From positions 1 to 64,000 of the forward strand of contig CDROCS010002070.1 in the NCBI GenBank assembly GCA_977020255.1: DNA of 64,000 nucleotides. Direction: 5' to 3'. The notes under the pieces were generated by a model. It saw only the letters and a program-made list of their open reading frames with translations. It was not told the DNA's origin and did not search any database. This stretch comes from Obrimoposthia wandeli. Lineage: Eukaryota. A program made the translations under genes and the position numbers. Shown in pieces: positions 59,201 through 64,000 of this stretch (its first letter is position 1; each line of letters begins with the position of its first letter).

Positions 59201-60858
59201 GGATTGGTCGTACACGTGGCTCTACGCCTGGTGTAGGACTCATTTCACCGCCGCCGCATCATGACATCTATTCTATCGAAGATTTGTCACAGCTCATATT
59301 TGACCTTAAAAACGCCAACCGTGAAGCGCGGGTAAATGTGAAACTGGTATCTGAAGCGGGTGTTGGTACTATCGCATCGGGTGTGTGTAAAGGTTATGCC
59401 GACGTGGTTCTGATTGCTGGCCATGATGGCGGTACCGGTGCTTCACCTCTGAGCTCGATCAAGCATGCGGGTCTGCCTTGGGAACTTGGCCTAGCTGAAA
59501 CCCATCAAACACTGGTGCGTAATCATTTACGTAGCCGTATTACGGTGCAAACCGATGGGCAGTTAAAAACACCACGCGATCTGGCGATAGCGACCTTGTT
59601 GGGTGCGGAAGAATACGGTATGGCGACAACTGCGTTAGTGGTTGAAGGCTGTATCATGATGCGTAAATGTCACTTAAATACTTGTCCTGTCGGCATCGCG
59701 ACACAAGACCGAGAGTTGCGTGGTCGTTTTAGTGGTCAGGCTGATATTTTAGTTAACTTCTTTACCATGATGGCTGAAGGCTTACGCGAAATCATGGCTG
59801 AGCTAGGCTTTAAAACTATTAATGACATGGTTGGACAAACCCAGTACTTGAGAACGCGTACCGATGTCGATCATTGGAAATACAAGGGTGTTGATCTCTC
59901 GCCGTTGTTGCACAAAGAACAATGTGCCGCCGACGAAACGCTATACTGCTCTAAAGAACAGAAACACCTGATTGACGATATTATTGACCGTCGCATGATG
60001 GAAGACGCCAAGGATGCACTGGAAAATCAAACGTCAGTTAATCTTGAGTACGATGTAGTGAATACCGATCGTACTATTGGTGCCATGCTGTCTAACGAGA
60101 TCTCGAAGAAATATGAGGCTGACGGTCTGCCGGAAAATACCATCAAGGTTAAGTTTAACGGTTCGGCAGGTCAGAGTTTTGGTTGCTTCTCAGCTAAGGG
60201 TCTTCGCTTTGAGCTTGAGGGTGATGCGAATGACTATTTTGGTAAGGGATTATCCGGTGCCAATTTGGTTGTTTACCCACCTAAAGTGGCCACTTTTGAA
60301 GCCAGTAAAAATATCGTCATTGGTAACGTTGCCTTGTTTGGTGCCACTTCAGGTAAAGCCTTTATTCGCGGTATTGCGGGTGAACGTTTCTGCGTACGTA
60401 ACTCAGGTGCTACCACGGTTGTTGAAGGTGTGGGCGATCACGGTTGTGAATATATGACGGGTGGTAAGGCTGTTATTCTTGGTCAGACCGGGCGTAATTT
60501 CGCTGCGGGTATGTCAGGTGGTATTGCTTATGTCCTAGATGACAACAATGATTTAGCCAGCAAATGCAACATGGAAATGGTGCAGCTTGAGATGCTTGAA
60601 AACGTTAATGATATTGCTGAACTAAAAGCCCTCATTACCGAGCACAAAGACAATACTCAATCGGATGTGGCAGAAGCCTTGCTCGCCGACTGGGACAGTG
60701 CCGTTAAACGTTTTGTAAAAGTCATGCCTGTTGATTTCAAAAAAATGCAACAGTATATGGACCAAGCACGTAGCACGGGTAAATTTGAAACTGAATATGA
60801 TGTGGCAGTCGAAGCATTCGACATGCATCTTGCAAATCTGGCAGCTCAAAGCGCCTGA
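56251..60858 (+). CDS. gltB: Glutamate synthase large subunit
   Basis: EHDSCGIGF, HSRFSTNTFP, HNGEINT, EPWDGPA, QIKMAQGAKPGEGGQLPG, CIMMRKCHLNTCPVGIATQ. Confidence 0.98.
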   Translation: MMSRNTKHHGLYRSEFEHDSCGIGFVTNLKGKKSHDIIQNALTMLECMEHRGGTGFDVKSGDGAGILIQIPHDFFKAEASELGFQLPSEGEYGVGMIFFPNDPEQAEKSREVFNAAIEELGLSILAYRSVPTDNSMLGVASFDSEPQIEQVFIQKPTDLTQQVFERKLFVLRKYTSHKLNRTIAKETDEFYIASMSSRTIVYKGQFTTAQVKQYYLDLQNERVTTGLAMFHSRFSTNTFPAWRRAQPFRYLSHNGEINTVQGNVNWMNAREAMFKSINFSDAELKMINPVCNRGNSDSANLDMAIELLVLSGRPLAQVMMMMVPEAWQSQEDMDPVKRAFYEYYACIMEPWDGPASISFTDGKMIGATLDRNGLRPSRYLLTNDGTLIMGSETGTICIDQSTVVEKGRLQPGKIFIADLEQGRIISDDEVKNGICSAQPYERWLSENKILLNELPTPAASVTQAELPNLRKIQKAFGYSSEDLNLILAQMVDSSKEPLGAMGTDTPLAVLSDRPQQLSHYFKQLFAQVTNPPIDPIREELVMSLRGYVGNSHNLLTETPAHCHKIEIDQPVLTNEEFKKLQQIDHNHLQSKTIDITFRATGKEGALKAALDRICLYAKDAVNNGYALLLLSDRNIDTDHAAIPSVLATAAIHHYLIREGLRAKADLILEVADIRETHHFATVLGFGAAAVNPYLALESLYSLRDDGVINPKFSNDVVVAKYIKAVGSGLLKIFSKMGISTLQSYQGAQIFEALGINSDVIDNYFTGTVSRIEGIGLDQIATEALMRHRDGFLPEDRIAADDLLKTGGEYAWRHDGEKHLFNPTTIRLLQHSTASNNTEQFKEYAKVVDTQSKDAFTLRGLLEFSADHKSIPLDEVEPIENIFKRFASGAMSFGSISWEAHTTLAIAMNRIGGRSNSGEGGEDPIRFKPMENGDSMKSRIKQVASGRFGVTSHYLTNADELQIKMAQGAKPGEGGQLPGHKVDAWIGRTRGSTPGVGLISPPPHHDIYSIEDLSQLIFDLKNANREARVNVKLVSEAGVGTIASGVCKGYADVVLIAGHDGGTGASPLSSIKHAGLPWELGLAETHQTLVRNHLRSRITVQTDGQLKTPRDLAIATLLGAEEYGMATTALVVEGCIMMRKCHLNTCPVGIATQDRELRGRFSGQADILVNFFTMMAEGLREIMAELGFKTINDMVGQTQYLRTRTDVDHWKYKGVDLSPLLHKEQCAADETLYCSKEQKHLIDDIIDRRMMEDAKDALENQTSVNLEYDVVNTDRTIGAMLSNEISKKYEADGLPENTIKVKFNGSAGQSFGCFSAKGLRFELEGDANDYFGKGLSGANLVVYPPKVATFEASKNIVIGNVALFGATSGKAFIRGIAGERFCVRNSGATTVVEGVGDHGCEYMTGGKAVILGQTGRNFAAGMSGGIAYVLDDNNDLASKCNMEMVQLEMLENVNDIAELKALITEHKDNTQSDVAEALLADWDSAVKRFVKVMPVDFKKMQQYMDQARSTGKFETEYDVAVEAFDMHLANLAAQSA

Positions 60859-60878
60859 GCTGAATAGGAGACAATATT

Positions 60879-62369
60879 ATGGGAAATCCAACCGGATTTA
60901 TGAAAGTAGCAAGAGCCTTACCAGAAGATCGCGATCCGAAGACGCGTTTGATTGACTGGCAAGAAGTCCACCATCATATGGAAACGGCTGATATCGAAAA
61001 ACAGGCATCACGCTGCATGGATTGTGGTGTGCCGTTTTGTCAATCGGCAGTATCACAATACGCCCCAGCGGTTGCTGGTTGCCCGGTTAACAATATCATT
61101 CCTGAGTGGAATGATCTGATCTATCACGGCCGTTGGAAAGAAGCGGTGCAGTTGCTGCACAAAACCAATAACTTTCCAGAGTTTACAGGTCGTGTTTGTC
61201 CGGCTCCTTGTGAAGGAGCTTGTGTACTGGGGATCAATGCTGAACCCGTCACAATTAAACTTCACGAGTATGCGATTATCGAAAAAGCCTTCAAAGAGGG
61301 CTGGGTTGTCGCTAACATTCCAAGCAAGCGTACGGGTAAAACGGTAGCGGTTATCGGTTCTGGCCCTGCTGGCATGGCTGCGGCTGCGCAGCTTAACTCC
61401 GCAGGCCATAGGGTGACTGTCTATGAACGCGCCGACCGTATCGGTGGTTTGTTGATGTACGGTATTCCTAATATGAAACTGCAAAAGGAGATCGTTCAGC
61501 GTCGTGTGGATCTACTTGCTGAAGAAGGTATTGTGTTTGTAACCAATACTGAAGTGGGTAAAGATATTTCTGCAAAGCAGCTTGAACAGGATTTTGATGC
61601 GGTGGTGCTGTGCGTCGGTGCTACGGTCCCTCGCGACCTGATGGTTGAAGAAGGCCGTGAACTTAATGGTATCCACTTTGCCATGGACTTTCTAAAAGCG
61701 AATACCAAGAGCTTGTTAGACAGTGATCACGCAGATGGCAACTACATTAATGCTAAAGGTAAAAATGTGGTTATTATCGGTGGTGGTGATACCGGTACTG
61801 ACTGTGTAGGTACATCGTTACGCCATCAGTGTGAAAGTGTTGCTCAGTTAGAGATCATGCCGCAACCGCCGGCATCACGACAGGACAATAATCCTTGGCC
61901 AGAGTGGCCGAAGCAACTTTTGGTTGATTACGGTCAAGCAGAATCGATAGCGGTGCAAGGACAGGATCCACGCCAATACCTGGTGATGACCACTAAAATT
62001 GAAGGCGATGACAACGGCAATGTTAAAGCCGTTCATACGGTGAATGTTGAGTGGCAACGTCAGCCTAATGGCGCAATGGTGCCGAATAAGATCCCTGGTA
62101 GTGAGAAAGTACTGCCTGCCGATATAGTCTTGTTAGCAATGGGCTTTATGGGACCGGAAGGTGGCTTGATTGAGCAGTTTAATCTTGAAAAAGATGGGCG
62201 TTCTAACATCAAGGCCGAGTACGACAAGTTTGCGACAAGCAAGCCGGGCGTATTCGCCGCCGGAGACGGACGTCGTGGTCAAAGCCTGATTGTTTGGGCT
62301 ATTGACGAAGGCCGTCGTGCTGCCCGTGAAGTAGATGCTTACTTGATGGGAAAAAGTTACTTACCTTAA
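60879..62369 (+). CDS. gltD: Glutamate synthase small subunit (MGNPTGF type)
   Basis: [58 protein letters not shown]. Confidence 0.97.
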   Translation: MGNPTGFMKVARALPEDRDPKTRLIDWQEVHHHMETADIEKQASRCMDCGVPFCQSAVSQYAPAVAGCPVNNIIPEWNDLIYHGRWKEAVQLLHKTNNFPEFTGRVCPAPCEGACVLGINAEPVTIKLHEYAIIEKAFKEGWVVANIPSKRTGKTVAVIGSGPAGMAAAAQLNSAGHRVTVYERADRIGGLLMYGIPNMKLQKEIVQRRVDLLAEEGIVFVTNTEVGKDISAKQLEQDFDAVVLCVGATVPRDLMVEEGRELNGIHFAMDFLKANTKSLLDSDHADGNYINAKGKNVVIIGGGDTGTDCVGTSLRHQCESVAQLEIMPQPPASRQDNNPWPEWPKQLLVDYGQAESIAVQGQDPRQYLVMTTKIEGDDNGNVKAVHTVNVEWQRQPNGAMVPNKIPGSEKVLPADIVLLAMGFMGPEGGLIEQFNLEKDGRSNIKAEYDKFATSKPGVFAAGDGRRGQSLIVWAIDEGRRAAREVDAYLMGKSYLP

Positions 62370-62380
62370 CGCTCGTTGAA

Positions 62381-62422
62381 ATATAAAAAAGGCGAATCAT
62401 TTATGATTCGCCTTTTTTATAT
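62381..62422. terminator. Bidirectional intrinsic terminator
   Basis: ATATAAAAAAGGCGAATCAT-TT-ATGATTCGCCTTTTTTATAT. Confidence 0.9.
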
Positions 62423-62457
62423 CAATATTTATGGTGTGAAGCAGTTAGTGCTTGGGA

Positions 62458-63900
62458 CTAGGGTCGCATGCATCTAAATATCACTTCAAACGTATTGCCT
62501 TTTGAGCTCGGATTTTCAAGTAAGGTTAATGAACCCTGATGTAACTTAGTTATATCATTCGCAATCGACATACCTAACCCTGCGCCATCGCCTTTCTCTG
62601 TATGAGCGCGGAAAAAACTTTCAAATATTTTGGCTGATATCTCGGTGGGAATCGCTTTGCCATTGTCTGAAATGAGGATCGTAATGTCATTACAGCCTGC
62701 TGTTGGCGTCACTAATTGCACTTCAATCTTCGAATTATTACCTGAATAACGGATGGCATTATCAATCAAGTTACTGAATAAGATCGACAGTAACATCGGG
62801 TTGCCTTGCACATCGCAATGCTTGGGTGCATCAAGCGAGATGTCTTGTTGTTGTTTTAAGGCGAGGGGGACGAGGGCGCCAATCGTTTCTTGTAAACACT
62901 TCACCATATCCATTTTTTGAAATTTAATGTTATGAAGTGATTGTGCTTCAATACGCGATAACATCAGCAATTGTTGTATCAGCCGATCAAGACGATCAAT
63001 ACCAGACAATATGTTGTTAAGGTCATTTGTTAATTGTGCTTCATTTTCACTGTGTAAGGCGTTTTCTGCATTTAATTTGAGGATGGCTAATGGGGTCTTT
63101 AATTCATGCGCCGCGGTACGTGTTAAGCGTTTTTCCCGTTGCCATGCATTGTCTAACTCTACAAAAAGGTAGTTTAATTGACTGATTAATGGCATGAGTT
63201 CGGTCGTGGCGGTAGGCACTTTTATCTCATCTAAGCAATCAATACCACGTTGCGATATGACTAATCGAAGTTCATCTATTGGGCGTAAAAAAGTATTAAT
63301 TAAGAAGATGAAAATGACCATGAACGCTGGAATTAAAACGAGTTGCGGCACGCCTGTCGAAACGGCTATTTCATTCACGATTTCATCTCTAATTTGCCGT
63401 TTTTCGGCGACGATAAAGATGGCTTTGTCGTTTATTTTAAACGGAATTGTAAGTTGGAAATAGCGCCATTCCTCGTTATTTTCAATGCTTGTACCAAACC
63501 CATCCAGACCCGCTTTACCAAGCAGTGTTGTTGGAGAACTGGGTGAATTGAACAGCATTTCATTGTTAGCATAAAATTGGAAAATGATGTTCTGTTCATA
63601 CGGATGACCATACTGAGTGGGGTCGTCACTGTCTCCTTCGGAAGCCTGTAATAATTGTTTAAACCATGTTTTATAGTGCGCGATAGAGTCGTTATTATCT
63701 TCAGTAACTAAACTCGGTATACTCAAGGCAATGATCTTGGCAGATTGACCAAGCCGCGCATCATAAACCTCATCAATTTCATGTTTGGTTTCATTATAGA
63801 TCATCACCCAAGACAGTAATATCAGGATCATCGTCGCTGAGACGGTCGATACAATCAAGCGCTTACGAATAGAAAAAATAGCTGTATTAGTCTTTTTCAA
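62458..63900 (-). CDS. Sensor histidine kinase, QseC/PmrB-like
   Basis: HEIDEVYDARL, AAHELKTPL, NLIDNAIRY, DNGKAIP, FFRA..GAGLGMSI; TTG start overlaps the regulator. Confidence 0.92.
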   Translation of the reverse strand: MKKTNTAIFSIRKRLIVSTVSATMILILLSWVMIYNETKHEIDEVYDARLGQSAKIIALSIPSLVTEDNNDSIAHYKTWFKQLLQASEGDSDDPTQYGHPYEQNIIFQFYANNEMLFNSPSSPTTLLGKAGLDGFGTSIENNEEWRYFQLTIPFKINDKAIFIVAEKRQIRDEIVNEIAVSTGVPQLVLIPAFMVIFIFLINTFLRPIDELRLVISQRGIDCLDEIKVPTATTELMPLISQLNYLFVELDNAWQREKRLTRTAAHELKTPLAILKLNAENALHSENEAQLTNDLNNILSGIDRLDRLIQQLLMLSRIEAQSLHNIKFQKMDMVKCLQETIGALVPLALKQQQDISLDAPKHCDVQGNPMLLSILFSNLIDNAIRYSGNNSKIEVQLVTPTAGCNDITILISDNGKAIPTEISAKIFESFFRAHTEKGDGAGLGMSIANDITKLHQGSLTLLENPSSKGNTFEVIFRCMRP

Positions 63901-64000
63901 TGATATACCCCACACCACGAATGTTCTTGATCAGTTTACTGTCTATTTTCTTTCTTAAATTATGAATATGCACTTCAATGGCATTATCACTGGCCGCTTC
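63887..64000 (-). CDS. OmpR-family response regulator C-terminus (partial, QseB-like)
   Basis: SDNAIEVHIHNLRKKIDSKLIKNIRGVGYIIEKD*. Confidence 0.92.
   Translation of the reverse strand, partial: EAASDNAIEVHIHNLRKKIDSKLIKNIRGVGYIIEKD

Overview
AT-rich chromosomal segment of a gammaproteobacterium (marine/psychrophilic Moritella- or Psychromonas-like is my inference, not shown by the sequence). I saw no rRNA, tRNA or CRISPR array. Blocks: (1) 1-13.4 kb, a + strand polysaccharide operon: NDP-sugar pyrophosphorylase end, RsbW-like kinase, GH2, GH9, BcsA-like GT2 without PilZ, three DUF3131-type proteins, an exported protein and an ALG5-like GT2. Its first 9 kb is broken by many indels, probably assembly errors. 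A stand-alone PilZ gene converges on it. (2) 14-33 kb, mixed accessory genes: IS3 remnant, TerD-family gene with attC-like hairpin, OMP, non-canonical hflX, LysE, lipase plus foldase, MCP, PhzF, LysR/oxidoreductase/DsbA, GGDEF, NtrC/sigma54 glnK-amtB, AlkB-like, hydrolase-OsmC. (3) 33.5-41.8 kb, a copper island: CueR-type promoter, cusCBA without cusF, a cytochrome b562-like protein carrying 11 Met/His heptads, and two divergent exported leader ORFs ending in YRPP, each followed by an RNA structure that hides the next gene's Shine-Dalgarno. (4) 41.9-56 kb, an orphan nickel module: DUF5692-like membrane protein, TetR, Ynt/Nik-like ABC importer, hypB, hypA and two paralogous ~895-aa Fe-S flavoproteins, with no hydrogenase or urease genes in the window. 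(5) gltBD and a QseC/QseB-like two-component pair. Best candidates for undescribed systems: the HypAB-associated Fe-S flavoenzymes, the Met/His-loop b562 in the Cus operon, the twin YRPP leaders, and the GT2/DUF3131 glucan operon.
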